From assembly GCA_000004695.1 (NCBI GenBank), contig CM000151.3, forward strand, positions 4,608,001 to 4,672,000: a stretch of DNA of 64,000 bases. The letters are read 5' to 3'. The DNA is from Dictyostelium discoideum. Taxonomy: Eukaryota. Below, in pieces: positions 11,847 to 27,411 of the stretch (positions within the stretch are counted from its first letter, which is position 1; every line of letters starts with the position of its first letter). The notes below the pieces were generated by a model. It searched no databases and had not been told where the DNA came from. It saw nothing but the letters and a program-made list of their open reading frames with translations. Made by a program: the position numbers and the translations under genes.

Positions 11847-14800
11847 GGTATTGGTATTATTATTATTAGTATTATTTACAGATGAATTTGCCATAACTAA
11901 ATTTGATGGACGTGGTGGTAAAGTGTTTGGTGGTAATTTTGGTGGCACAGTGCTTTTTGGTGTTGATAATGTTGTGGTTGATGTTGAAATTGGTGGTTGA
12001 ATTGCTGTTGGGGTTGGAGGTGGAGATAAACTTAATTTACTGGTATTTGGTTGTTGTGGTGGTAGTGGAAATAGTTGATTACTATTTTCAATTCTAATTT
12101 GTGATAATGATGTTGATTTCGATGATGTTATTGGTGCTGGTGTTTGTGTTGATGTTGATGTTGGTTGAGCAACTGGATAAGCAGATGCTGGTAATGGGAA
12201 TGGATTATTATGATTACTGTTATTATTACCATTACTATTATTATAATTTAATTCTAATACTCTTGGTGTAAATTTATCATTTTCATTACAATTTGAAAAT
12301 CTTTGAGAAGAGAAACCACCAACCAATTCAGGTGATTCAGAGAGAATTGAAGAAATTTCAGAATCCATTGATGTTGTTCTATTGATTTTGAATGGAATAA
12401 CAATTGGTTCAGTTGATGTTGATATACATCTTTGTGATGAAATTATTGGACTTGAATGTTGTGGTGATGATTCTCCACTAGATTGTTGTTGTGGTTGTTT
12501 TGATTGTGAATCAATACCATTTGTTAAAGAATTATTATTATTATTAGTATTAGTAGTAGTATCATTATTAGTGGTGGTGGAGGTGGTGGCGGTAGTTGAG
12601 GTAGCAATGGTGGTATTTGGAGTTGGAGTGGTATTATTTTTACTATTTTTTCTTGGTCTTGTTTGAATTGATGGTTTTATATAACTTTTAAAATGATTTA
12701 CATGTTCAGAGCTTGAAACTCCATTTGTACTATTATTTGGACTATTTGAATTATTTGGATTATTTGAATTATTATTTTGATTCATTGAAATAATATTATT
12801 TGTATTTGAATTTATTAAACTATTATTTAAATTTTCATTTACACTTTTAGAGAGAACACCTAAACAAAAGGTAGTGGCACCACGTGGTTCAATATGAATT
12901 TCTTGATTTTGATAATATTCGTCTTCAATAATACGTTTATGACCTTCAAAAATTGAATTACCGACAACCGTTAAAAGATCATTAGTTGTTGGAATATCTT
13001 GGTCGAATAAACTTTCAATGTATTGATTAGCACCTAAAATTGACATTTGGGCAGCCCTTTTAGGATCTTCACCATGACCAGAGCCATCAGCAACTGAAAG
13101 TACTGCCTTTATCATTGGATGAGCATCGGTTGTAATACAAAAACAGTCAGCAAATGGTGTACCAAATTGTTGTTTCTTTTCAAAATCCCAACCATATAAT
13201 GATGCTATACAGGCACTTCCCATACCATCATTTGTTTCACTAATATTTAATGAAGGTAATTCACCAACTTCTCTTGAGATTTCAATTAATTTAGCTTGAA
13301 TAACACTTGGTTTTGCTGAATCTTTTGGTTTTTCTGGTAATCTTGGTGATAATCCATTACTATTAGTATTATTATTATTATCATTTGATGTTGTATTTGA
13401 TGATGATAAAGGTGTATTTGTATTTATATTTGTATTTGTATTTGTATTTGTATTTGTATTTGTATTTGTAGTTGATGGTGAAGATGACAATGTTGGTATT
13501 GGTAATAATGTTTGTTGTAATGTTGTTGTTATTGTTGTTAATGGTAATAATGATGACAAAGATGGTGTTGATGATGCAGATACTAAATAACTTGAAGATA
13601 ATGATTCACCACTAACCATTGAATTTGTGGAAGTATTAGCCAATGTTGTAGTAGTGGTTGTAGTGGTAGTAGTAGTTGTTGTCGTAGTTGAATTACCAGT
13701 ATTAATTGAACCTAAAAATTCTAAAGAACAGGATAATAATGGTGAAGTATTTGAACGTTCCAAAGTCTTTTTAGGAGGGATAACAACTTTTTTAGAGAAA
13801 TCAAATGAACCATCAATTGTATTATGTAATGAATTACTGGACAAAATTGGGGAATAACTTGGTGATGACTCACCACTCAATGTACTGCTACAACTACGTA
13901 ATTCAGGGGACATATTACAAACACCACCACTTTCATCATTTGATAATAATATCGAACTAACACCCTCATCATCTGATGTTAAATTATTATTATCATCATT
14001 ATTAATAGTAGTAGTAGCATTCGTACTATTATTTATACTTGAATCACTATCATTTGATAATTTAAATAATGTACTTCTTTGATTTTGTTGTTGTTGTAAT
14101 TGTCTTTGTTGAAATTTATGAATTCTTGATTGAATTTGTTGTTGTTTTGGTGATAATTGAAAATGTTGATTACTTGATAATTGAATGTGTGGAAAATCTA
14201 ATCCCTCACCTCTTTTATATGAAATCACTTGATCATATGCTAATGTATGTGTTATAATTGTATTAATTAATCTATCCAATGCTCTATTTACACTATGAAC
14301 CAATACAAAATGTGCTGAATCAAAAACATTATTTTTATTATTTATAAAATTATTAAAATATAAATTATTATTATTTTGATTATTATTATTATTATTATTA
14401 TTTAATGAAAAATCATGTAAATGTGGTGATTCTCTACCACTTATATGATGATTATTATTATTATGGTTATTATTTGTTTGAGGTATATACATTGATTGAG
14501 TTTGATTTGTTATATTATTATTACTATTAATATTAATATTATTATTAGTAGATTGTATATTATTATTTGGCAACATAAAATTTGAAACATTTGGATTATT
14601 ATAAAAAGTTATACCATTATTTGAAGAATAAAAAGTTGATTGGGTTAATTTAGTATATTTTCCAATACCAGAAAAAATACAAGTGAAACCACATTGATTC
14701 TTTTTTGAAGTTTTATAAGTTGGATGACTTCTATAAACTGAACTAACTCTAAAATTATCAAGATCTAAATAAATATAAACCAATGTATCATAAACATTTG

Positions 14801-14912
14801 AAAAATGTTGTTGATTACTACTAATCCATGATTCAATCACTTCATAATTTTGTTGAATTGCTTCCTCTAATAATTCATTAACTGATGCTAATGTTGATGG
14901 TAATGTAATACT

Positions 14913-14956
<44 letters not shown>

Positions 14957-15059
14957 GCTGTTGATTTAATGATGCTATATTTGGTGATGTACTTGTACTA
15001 TTATTATGAGTCCAAATTCCCATATTCCCAACTGAACTACTAATATATAATTTATTCAC
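10827..15059 (-). CDS. Very large (1410 aa) low-complexity protein with a PP2C/PPM-type Ser/Thr phosphatase domain split by long poly-N/Q/T/S inserts
   Basis: Single continuous ORF. PPM motifs are present: LSVADGSGHGEDPKRAAQMSILGANQ (VADG.G.H...AA.S motif), TTFCLGVL, GDRIFIVSDGVSDNF (SDG.[WS]D motif) and C-terminal DHSSIVIYEV. Antisense ORFs 11767..12000, 12382..12666 and 13627..13857 are poly-L/V artefacts of the poly-N/T tracts. Confidence 0.6.
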
Positions 15060-16348
15060 TTTTACAATTTAAAAAAATAAAATAAAAAAAAAAACAATAA
15101 TAATAATAAAATAAAAAAAAAGAATAATAATAATAATTAAATAATAATATAAACAAAATAATATAATAATAATTAAATAATAAAAAAAATTGTTATTAAA
15201 TGTTTTCGGTTTTCTTTTATAAATTGTTTTTTTATTTTTATTTTTATTTTTATTTCTTTTTTTTTTTTTTTACACAAAGTATAAAATTGGGTTGGGTGTT
15301 TTTTTTATAAATCTGTGTTATTTTTATTTTTTTTTATTTTTATTTTTATTTTTTTTTTTTTATTTTTATTTTTGTTTTTGTTTTATTTTAATTTTTATTT
15401 TTATTTTTATTTTTATTTTTATTTTTGTTTTTGTTTTTGGTTATATGTACTTTTTTATTTTTTTTTTTATTTTTTTTTTTTTTTTTTAATGGTTATATGT
15501 ACTTTTTTATTTTTAGATATTTTTTTTTTTTTTTTTTGTATAAGGATTATTTTTCTTGTTTTTAAAAAAAAAAAAAAAAAAAAATAGATACAATATTTTT
15601 AATGCATAAAATAAAATATTTTTAAATCAAACTATTAATAATTTTTTTTTTTTTTCTAATGGTGAAGGTTGCTTTAACGTTAAAATCCCAAATTTTTTTT
15701 TTTTTTTTTTTATATAATAAATAAAAATAAAAAAAAATATAATTCTGTGAATTCAAAAATATCTATTTTTTTATTTTTATTTTTTTTTTTTTTCCAATTT
15801 TTTTTTTTTTCAATTTTGCTATTACAAAAAAAAAAGACCCAAAAGGTTTTTGTTTTGATTAAATTGATTATTATACGAAAACTGCTCAAATTTGGCTTAT
15901 TAGCTTTTTATTTTTTTTTTTATTTTTTAAAATTGACTAAAAGAGAAAAAAAAAAAAAAAATAAATAAACAAAAATATCTTAAATTTGATTTTCGGATAT
16001 TTAGAAAAAAAAAAATGGACTTTTTTTTATTGTTCAAAGAATCAGTCGTAACAATGCGATTTAATTTTGATTTTTCTATTGGTGGAAAAGTGGATTTTAA
16101 TACACGAAAAAAATTCAAAAAAAAAAATAATAATAAAAAAAAAAGTAGTTAATAAAAAAAAAAATAAAAAAAAAATAAAAAAAAAACCATTGAAAAATAT
16201 TTGTAAAAAAAAAGATTAAAAAAAAAACAGTAATAGGTTATAAAAAAAAAATTTTTTTTTTTTTTTTTTTTTTTTGGACCCCAAAATGAAATGGTGTCAT
16301 TATGAAAAGTTATTGTTCAAAAAATTTGATCAACTTAATTAAAAAAAC

Positions 16349-16380
<32 letters not shown>

Positions 16381-16783
16381 AATTTTGGCATTTTTGCTAA
16401 AAAAAAATAAAAACAACTTCAATCATTTTTTTCTCGAATTTTTTTTTTAATCGTTATTAAAGTTTTTTTTTTATACGCTTGTACCTAATTCGAATTGTTT
16501 ATGTTCCACCTTTTTGTTTTTTTTTTTATTTTTTTTTTATTTTTTTTTTTTGAACCATGGATGACACAAAATGTATAAAATTTTTTTTTTTGTTCACCAA
16601 TAGATCATGGCATCAAAATATTTTTTCTTTAAAAAAAATATTTTATAAAAAAAACACAACACATTTAAATCACATGCGGCTTTCCCTTGGATGAAAGATT
16701 CAAACTCAAAATTTTTTTTTTTTATTTTATATTTAGGTAAAATGAATGCACGCTAGGAGGTGGCACAGCCAAAAATTTTTTTT

Positions 16784-16815
<32 letters not shown>

Positions 16816-17297
16816 TATTTTTTTTTTTTAGCGATTTTAAGATGGTGATCAAAATTAAAAAAAAAAAAAAGAAAAAAAAAAAAAAAAAGGAAAAAAAAAA
16901 AAAAAAAAATTATGATAATATATTAAAAAAAAAAAAAAATTTTGGCTGTTTGAGTGTGTTTTTTTTTATTTTTCTTTCCTTTTTATTTTTATTTATTCAT
17001 TATTTTTTTTTCTTTATTTTATTATAATTAATTTGTTTATTTTTTTTCCCTTTTTTAATTTTTTTTTTTTTAAAATAAAAAAGACAATTTTTTTTTTTCC
17101 TACCAAGAATCATTACCATAGTAAAAATAAACATAATAATAATAATAATTTGATTTGGTTAATTTATTTATTTATTTTTATAATTTTAATACTGTTTTTT
17201 ATTTTATTTTATTTTATTTTTATTTTTTTTTTTTTTCTCTTCTCTTTTTTAATTTTTTTTTTTTTTTTTTTAACTCAAATAATAAATAAAAAAAAAA

Positions 17298-19388
17298 ATG
17301 ATAGCAAGTTATTTTGAAGTAGTCGCAATTAAAGATCATAAACCAATTCATCAATCCCAATTATTATTTAGAAAGGGAGAAAAGATATTAGTTGTAGAGA
17401 CAGCACCAACAGGATGGTGGAAAGGTGAAATTGGTAATAGAAAAGGGTTGTTCCCAGAATCTTACGTTTCACAATCACCAACACCATCAATGATAACATC
17501 ACCAGTTCCAACCTCACCATTGGTTCATACAACAATCACTTCAACACCAAATGTTGCATCACCACAATCTTTAAATATTGAAAATAATAATATTACACTA
17601 TTACCACCTCCACCTCCAGTTATAATTAGTAATGAAGAATCAACATCATCAGCAGCATCATATTCATCTTCATTATCTTCATCCTCTCAACTACAACAAC
17701 AGCCACAAGCACCACAATTAGTTGTACCACCAATTAAACAATTAAATAAAGTTGGATCATCAGTAACATTTAGTGATTCACCATCAGTTATAATTTCATC
17801 TTCAACAGCTACAACAACTAATAATGGTACATTATCACCAACAACTTCTTCACCACACACCGATAGTCCAATTAATAAATCACCACGTTTTAATATTTCA
17901 CCAACTGATATAGCAAATTCAGCACCAAGAATGACAAGCCACACAAGAAAGAATTCAGGTCCTGCAAAATCAATCTCCTCTCAAAATGATAGTAGTGATG
18001 ATAGTGATACTTCTCCAACATTGAAAGGTGTTAATGGTGGTGTTAATGTTGGTGGTGGTATTGGTGGTGAAGGTATTTCATCCACAAGTAAACCAAATAA
18101 ACAATATAGTAGTGCAACTGTAAACATTAAAGATTTAAAACAACATATGGAAAAGCACCAACAAAATTCAACAATGGGTAGAAATGTTAATTCACGTACT
18201 CCATTACATTCAACTGGTAGAGGTATCAGCGTTGGTGATGTAAATACAGAGGTTCCCTATTATATTTGTCGTGCCATTGAAGCACATTCTCAGCAAGGTT
18301 TTGACGAACTAGAATTTCAAGTTGGTGACTTAATTGTAATCTATAATTCAAAAACTGTTGATTCAGATTGGTGGGTTGGTCGTTTTAAAACAACTTATGG
18401 TTTATTACCAAAGAAATGTGTTGAAATTATTAGAGATATTTCTCCAACTTCTGCAACTGCATTATCACCTTCAAAATCATCACCAACTACATCAACAACA
18501 ACAACAACAACGACAACAACTACTAATACCGCTACAACAGCATCTCCACCAATTAAATCAACAATAGCCACACCACCACCACCATTACAAAAACCTATAA
18601 CACCAGCACCACAAACAACTTTTACTCCAGTACCACCACAACCAGCACCATATAAGTTTGATATAAACTCAAATTATAAAAAAGGTATTGCTTTAACAAA
18701 TTATAATAGCCAATTTGCAACTTATCTTTCATTTAAAAAAGGTGATATAATGGTATTAGAATCAAAAGAGGGTGATTTTTGGAAAGCACGTATTGGTGGT
18801 CAAGTTGGTTTAGTTTCTCCAAATTATATTAGAGAACATGATGTACAAGTACATCCACCAACTACAACCTTTACTGCTTCAGTTTATGATAACTCAAATA
18901 ATTCAAATAATTCAAATAGTAATAGTAATAATATAAGTAATACTACAAATAGTAATAATGATAATATTAATACCAATATTAATAATTTAGCACTACCAGT
19001 AAAACCATCACCACCAATATCACCAAGAACAAACAACAACAACAACAATAATAATAGTATTAATAATAATGTAAATAGAAACGAAAATGAAAATACCAAT
19101 ATTAATCATGAACAACAACAACAATCAAAAACAGTAAATATATCTCAAATTAAAAATGATGCTAATAAAAGTAGTGAAATTGATGATGATGGTATAGCTA
19201 GAAAAATTAGGGATTCATTTACTCATTTCCAAACCAGGGAGGAATTACTTGATGCAATTCAAAATCTAGCAATTAAATTTGTAAAACAAACATCAGCTTT
19301 GAAAAAAGAGTTACAGCAAGAACAACAAGAAAAAGCAAATCTTGAGATGGAATTACAAGAAATCAAACAAAGATATAATATAAATTAA
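17298..19388 (+). CDS. Triple SH3-domain adaptor protein with Pro/Thr-rich linkers and C-terminal coiled coil
   Basis: Three SH3 domains are recognisable: residues 5-60 (YFEVVAIKDH...GWWKGEIGNRKGLFPESYV), ~318-375 (YYICRAIEAH...DWWVGRFKTTYGLLPKKCVEII) and ~455-512 (ALTNYNSQ...GDFWKARIGGQVGLVSPNYIRE). The C-terminus is EQQEKANLEMELQEIKQRY. Single exon, ATG at 17298, TAA at 19386. Confidence 0.75.
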   Translation: MIASYFEVVAIKDHKPIHQSQLLFRKGEKILVVETAPTGWWKGEIGNRKGLFPESYVSQSPTPSMITSPVPTSPLVHTTITSTPNVASPQSLNIENNNITLLPPPPPVIISNEESTSSAASYSSSLSSSSQLQQQPQAPQLVVPPIKQLNKVGSSVTFSDSPSVIISSSTATTTNNGTLSPTTSSPHTDSPINKSPRFNISPTDIANSAPRMTSHTRKNSGPAKSISSQNDSSDDSDTSPTLKGVNGGVNVGGGIGGEGISSTSKPNKQYSSATVNIKDLKQHMEKHQQNSTMGRNVNSRTPLHSTGRGISVGDVNTEVPYYICRAIEAHSQQGFDELEFQVGDLIVIYNSKTVDSDWWVGRFKTTYGLLPKKCVEIIRDISPTSATALSPSKSSPTTSTTTTTTTTTTNTATTASPPIKSTIATPPPPLQKPITPAPQTTFTPVPPQPAPYKFDINSNYKKGIALTNYNSQFATYLSFKKGDIMVLESKEGDFWKARIGGQVGLVSPNYIREHDVQVHPPTTTFTASVYDNSNNSNNSNSNSNNISNTTNSNNDNINTNINNLALPVKPSPPISPRTNNNNNNNNSINNNVNRNENENTNINHEQQQQSKTVNISQIKNDANKSSEIDDDGIARKIRDSFTHFQTREELLDAIQNLAIKFVKQTSALKKELQQEQQEKANLEMELQEIKQRYNIN

Positions 19389-19712
19389 TTTCAATGTTAA
19401 AGAAAAAAAAAAAAAAAAAAAAACAATTTATTTATTAAACTCTCAGCTAAATCATATTTTTATAATAAAGAATAATAAACATGTAAATTTATATAAAGTA
19501 CCTTTATTTTAATAATTTTTTTTTAATATTTATTTAATTTAATTTGGAATTATGATCCAACCATTTTTATTTCAACTACCTTCCATCATTAACTGTAAAT
19601 CCTTGAATATCTTCAACACAAACATATCGAATAAAAAAAAAAAAAAAAAAAATTTATCAAGCACAAAAATAAAAAAATGTAAAACAAATAATTTTTTCTA
19701 TTTTTATTTTTA

Positions 19713-23312
<3,600 letters not shown>

Positions 23313-23361
23313 TATTTTATTACGTCTTTTGTTATGAAGCTTTGGTGAAGTGTTATGTTTT

Positions 23362-23407
<46 letters not shown>

Positions 23408-23679
23408 CAAATTTCTTGGAATTATGGGCAAATTATCAATTAATTTAATTTTTTTAATTTAAATTTTTTAATTTGATTATTTAAATCCAGATTCATTTAC
23501 AACTCATTTATTTTCATCATTATAGATTTTAAAAGATTAATTTGTAAATATTTAAAAAAAGTAAAAATTAAAATAAAAATAAAAAAAAAAAAATTATTAT
23601 TGTTATTACTTAGATTTTCATTTGTTCTTATTTTTAATTTTTTTAAAATAAACTTTTTATATTTTTTTTTTTTTAAAAA

Positions 23680-25744
23680 TTATTTAGTTGGCAATAGTTT
23701 TACATGTTTGATAAAGAAATGTGTGGGAATAGAGTTTATAAAATTTAAACTATCATTATAGATACAAATAAATTCAAATGAAGGTGGCCATATTAAATCT
23801 GGTAATTCATCACAATTATAACCTGTAAAATAAAATGATTTCAAATTAGGTGGTAAGGCATCTCTATCGATAGTTGAATTGAAAAAATCTGAAATTCGTA
23901 ATAAAGTGAGTGATGATGGTAATACATCTCTTTGAATTGGTTGTTTGTAACTTGGTAATTTTAATACCCCTATGGATGATGGTAGATCTCCAACATTTAA
24001 GGGTTGATTAAAATCATAGATTTTTAATTTTTTAAGATTATTTGGTAAGAGACTATCGTTTAATTCGAATTCATCTGAAACTGTTAAAACTAGTTTTGAA
24101 ATAGTAGGTGGGAATTTTACATCTGTTAAATCTATTTGACTTACATTGAGTTTCAACGATGTTAAATTTTTGAAAAAATCTAAAGAGTGTAAATGTGGGT
24201 TCCGAGTAGTGAAATTCATTATTTTTAGTGTTTGAATTGTTTTGGGTAATATTTGAATATCAGAGAATGCGTTCATTGATAAATTTGTAATTGTTGGTGG
24301 AAAGAGAGCTGCATTATCTTTGTTTCTACCAAGATGTAAAGTTTTAATTGAGATTGGTAATGAGTTTGGTTCAAGTTTATGATTGCCCGACTTGAATATC
24401 AATGATGTAACATTGTGTGGAATCATTCCTTTTTCAATGGTCTGATTAAAAAAAGAATCAAACTCTAATGAAGTTGTACCACCTGGTATAGATGTCGAGT
24501 CTAATTTATTAGTACCTCTTTTAGAATCAAAAGAATAATCAAGAGTTGTTACTGATTTTGGTATTGATCCATATAGAATTATTCCTTGATAATTTGGATC
24601 TAATATCAATGAGGTGAGTGATGGTGGTAATTCATCTCTATGAATTGAATGTTGAAATGATTTTCCAAAAGTTAAAGATTTTAATGTTCTTGGTAGCAAT
24701 GGTATACCATTTGTGTCACTTAATGATTGATTAAACTCATCACTAAAATCAATCGATGTTAGACTATTACCAATCATATTACGAGTTAATTGTTGATCAA
24801 AATCAATCAATGTAATGGACTTACATGTATCTGGTATCCAATGGTCTACTAGTATAATATCTGAACAATCCATCTCTATATTTTCCGCAATTTGTGGCAT
24901 TGGATACCAATTTGAGTAACGTTGGTTTTCATATCCATTTAAATCAAATAATCTGATGTTATTAAAATAATTTCTATATTTATATGTTGAAAAATTATTT
25001 ATCCCTATATCAAAGCTATTATTATGATTATTATATATTCTAAGATGAAATAAAATTTGATCCCTAATAACCATATTTCCCCAAATTTTTTTAAATAATA
25101 TATAATTATTATCAATTGTTTGATTTTTTAGTTGATTTGTTCTTATATTATTATTATTAATATCAGGTTGTGATTTTAAAATTAATTGATTTAAATTATT
25201 ATTATTAATGGTAATATGATGATTTAAATTATTTTTAATGATTATAAGTATTGAACAATCGAATGAAATTCTTTTATTTCTATTGTTAATTGTGTCATTA
25301 TTATTATTATCTGTAATTGAATGAGTATATATAATTTCATTATTAGAATTATTGGTTGTAAATGTGTTTTTTAAATTTTGAATATGATTATTTAGTGTTT
25401 GAAATTGTTGATCATTTAATCCTTTTAAATCATTTAAATGCTTTTTTTCATCTTCTTCTTGTCTATATAAATATGTTTTTATAATTAGTATAATAATAAT
25501 AAAAATAATAAAATAAAAAATATAAAATATCAAAGTGTGTTAACGTATACAATTTTTTTTCTTTTTTATTTTGAAGGTTTTCATTATTGTTTTTATAATT
25601 ATTGATACTATTACAATAATCTTGAAGTTGATTGAATGTAATATTTAAACTATTAATTGATAATATTAATAAACAATTTAAAAGCTCTTCATTGTTTTTA
25701 TTATTATAATTATTAATTAAATAAGAGTAAATTATATTATCCAT
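23680..25744 (-). CDS. FNIP-repeat protein, array copy G1: exon 1 25551..25744, exon 2 23680..25462
   Basis: Exon 1 is a 64-aa conserved N-terminal module (MDNIIYSYLINNYNNKNNEELLNCLLILSINSLNITFNQLQDYCNSINNYKNNNENLQNKKEKK). The intron is 88 nt, phase 2 (tt|GTATAC...tatatag|a). Exon 2 is an ~22-aa FNIP-repeat array (FNQSLSDTNGIPLLPRTLKSLTFGKSFQHSIHRDELPPSLTSL...). The MIFYIFYF... N-terminus of ORF 23680..25533 is intron translation. Confidence 0.65.
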
Positions 25745-26477
25745 TTGACACACAAAAAAAAAAAAAAAAAAGGAAATGTGTTGGTGTTTTTTATTTTAAA
25801 ACAATAAATTTAAATTTTTTTAATTTTTTTTTTTAAATAAATTTTTAAAATTTTTTTGATCCTCTTTTTTTTATCACCCAAGTGCACAGTAAAAAAAAAA
25901 AAACAATAAAAAAATTTCAAAATAAAAAAAAAATAAAAAAAAATAAAAATAAAAAAAAAAAAATATTAATAAATTAAAACACAATATTTGACCCATAACA
26001 TTAAATTTTCAAAAGATAATATTAGAAACAATGCTTTAAAAAATTTCAAAGTTAGATCAAAAAGCAAGGATTGTTTTTGCCATCGATAAGTTACTAGCAA
26101 TTAAGCGATGTGATATTTTCGCCAAAACATACCGAGATCCAGAGTGCTATAAAAGAATCACTGTTTTTTTTCAATTTAAATAGTGAGCCAAACGGTACCA
26201 ACATATCGAATTTTAATTTTTAAAAAAAAAAAAAAAAAAATTTCAAATACTATTAATTCCCATAGTAATTATGATTAAATTAATATAGGATGAAAAAGCC
26301 TTCCATGTCAATTTCAAAGGAAGATGCAAAAAAAAAATAAAAAATAAGGTGATCAATCAATCTTGCCTTTTTAAATAAATAAGAAACCCTTTACAATTTT
26401 TAAATTACTTTTAACTAAAATATCTTTTTATTTTTATTATTTATTATCATTATTTTTTATTTTTTTTTTAATTTTTA

Positions 26478-26620
26478 TAAAAGATCTTTTCTTGTTACAA
26501 TACCAACAACTTCATTCTTTTTATTTACAACAGGTAAATGTTTGTGAACCATTTGCTTGATTTTTTGAACGACATGGTGTAAAAGCTGCACAACAATATA
26601 AAATGGTCGATGTGATTAAT
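26478..26620 (-). other. Isolated CBS-domain-like coding fragment (C-terminal half of a CBS motif), probably a gene remnant
   Basis: Minus-strand ORF between TAA codons translates to ...RPFYIVVQLLHHVVQKIKQMVHKHLPVVNKKNEVVGIVTRKDLL*. This matches the CBS signature h.....hpHpLPVV-(x)n-LVGIIT..DLL. Confidence 0.25.
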
Positions 26621-26744
26621 TAAAATGAAATCTTCTAAAACAAATAAATAAATCTTTTTATTTGCAAAGAATTTACTTCTCAATTGAGACGTGCATTTAA
26701 ATTGACACCGAATAAACCACCTGCAACTGTTGCATTAAAATATT

Positions 26745-27411
26745 TATTTAAAAGTTCGTTTTATTAGTCTTGAAAATTTGATGAGGTTATTATAGTTTTT
26801 TCAAAGGTTTCAAGGGTTTTATCTTTAGATGTTGTTCTAAGTATTGTTTCAATACTCTTACTGAATTTTTTATTTCCCATTAGACGAAAATTTCTGAATT
26901 TTGAATAAACCGATGTATCGATATAGTTGAGCTCTGGTGTAAAGATGGATCTTTCAATAACAAATTGTTTTACCCATTCTCCAAGATGTTAATTGTCTTT
27001 CCAATGGAAGGTTTTAAATGGCCAATGTAAATGTAAAGAATATTTATCGTATTGATAGGAGAAGAGCAATAATGGTCCAATGCTATCGATTTCATCAGAG
27101 ACCTGTGGATGTGTTTTCTTTAGATGGGTTTTCACTTCGTCGATTATAATTCTATCGATAAGATTGTTTTTATAAAGTTGTTTGTTTCTTTTATTTTCTT
27201 CTGCTTTCTCGGGTGGTAACTTAAAATCAATATCTAAATACAAATTACAATTTTCAAATTGTGGAATCAATTCATAATAATGACGAAGATTCAATGGCGT
27301 ATTCATTATACATTTGAAGAGTTTTTCAATACTTGGAGATACTAAAAAAGTACGTTGACCTGTATCTCCAAATTCATATAAAAATATTTCAATAGAGCTG
27401 GCACTATTCAT
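26745..27411 (-). pseudogene. PrimPol-like archaeo-eukaryotic primase (AEP) domain ORF interrupted by an in-frame TAA: probable pseudogene or relic
   Basis: ORF 26989..27411 carries AEP motif I (CNLYLDIDFKLPPEKAEENKRNK; compare PrimPol CKLYFDLEFNKP...) and motif II (YSLHLHWPFKTFHWKDN; compare FSRHLIFQLHDVAFKDN). It ends in TAA. The same frame then continues HLGEWVKQFVIE... with motif III (IDTSVYSKFRNFRLMGNKKFSKS; compare VDLGVYTRNRNFRLYKSSKIGK) to a stop at 26745. The stop sits where PrimPol has DN-I-HVGNF. No UL52-type zinc-finger C-terminal domain follows. Confidence 0.55.

Noticed and set aside
11767-14257. Antisense poly-L/poly-V ORFs inside the PP2C gene (11767..12000, 11903..12097, 12382..12666, 13627..13857, 14069..14257)
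   Set aside because: They are reverse complements of poly-N/T/Q coding tracts (AAT/ACA repeats). They have no independent support.
25463-25533. N-terminal MIFYIFYFIIFIII... of ORF 23680..25533 and MCQ/MPFFGYPLGK... leaders of the exon-1 ORFs
   Set aside because: They translate intron or 5' flank. The conserved splice (tt|GT...ag|a) and MDNIIYSYL start define the real exons.
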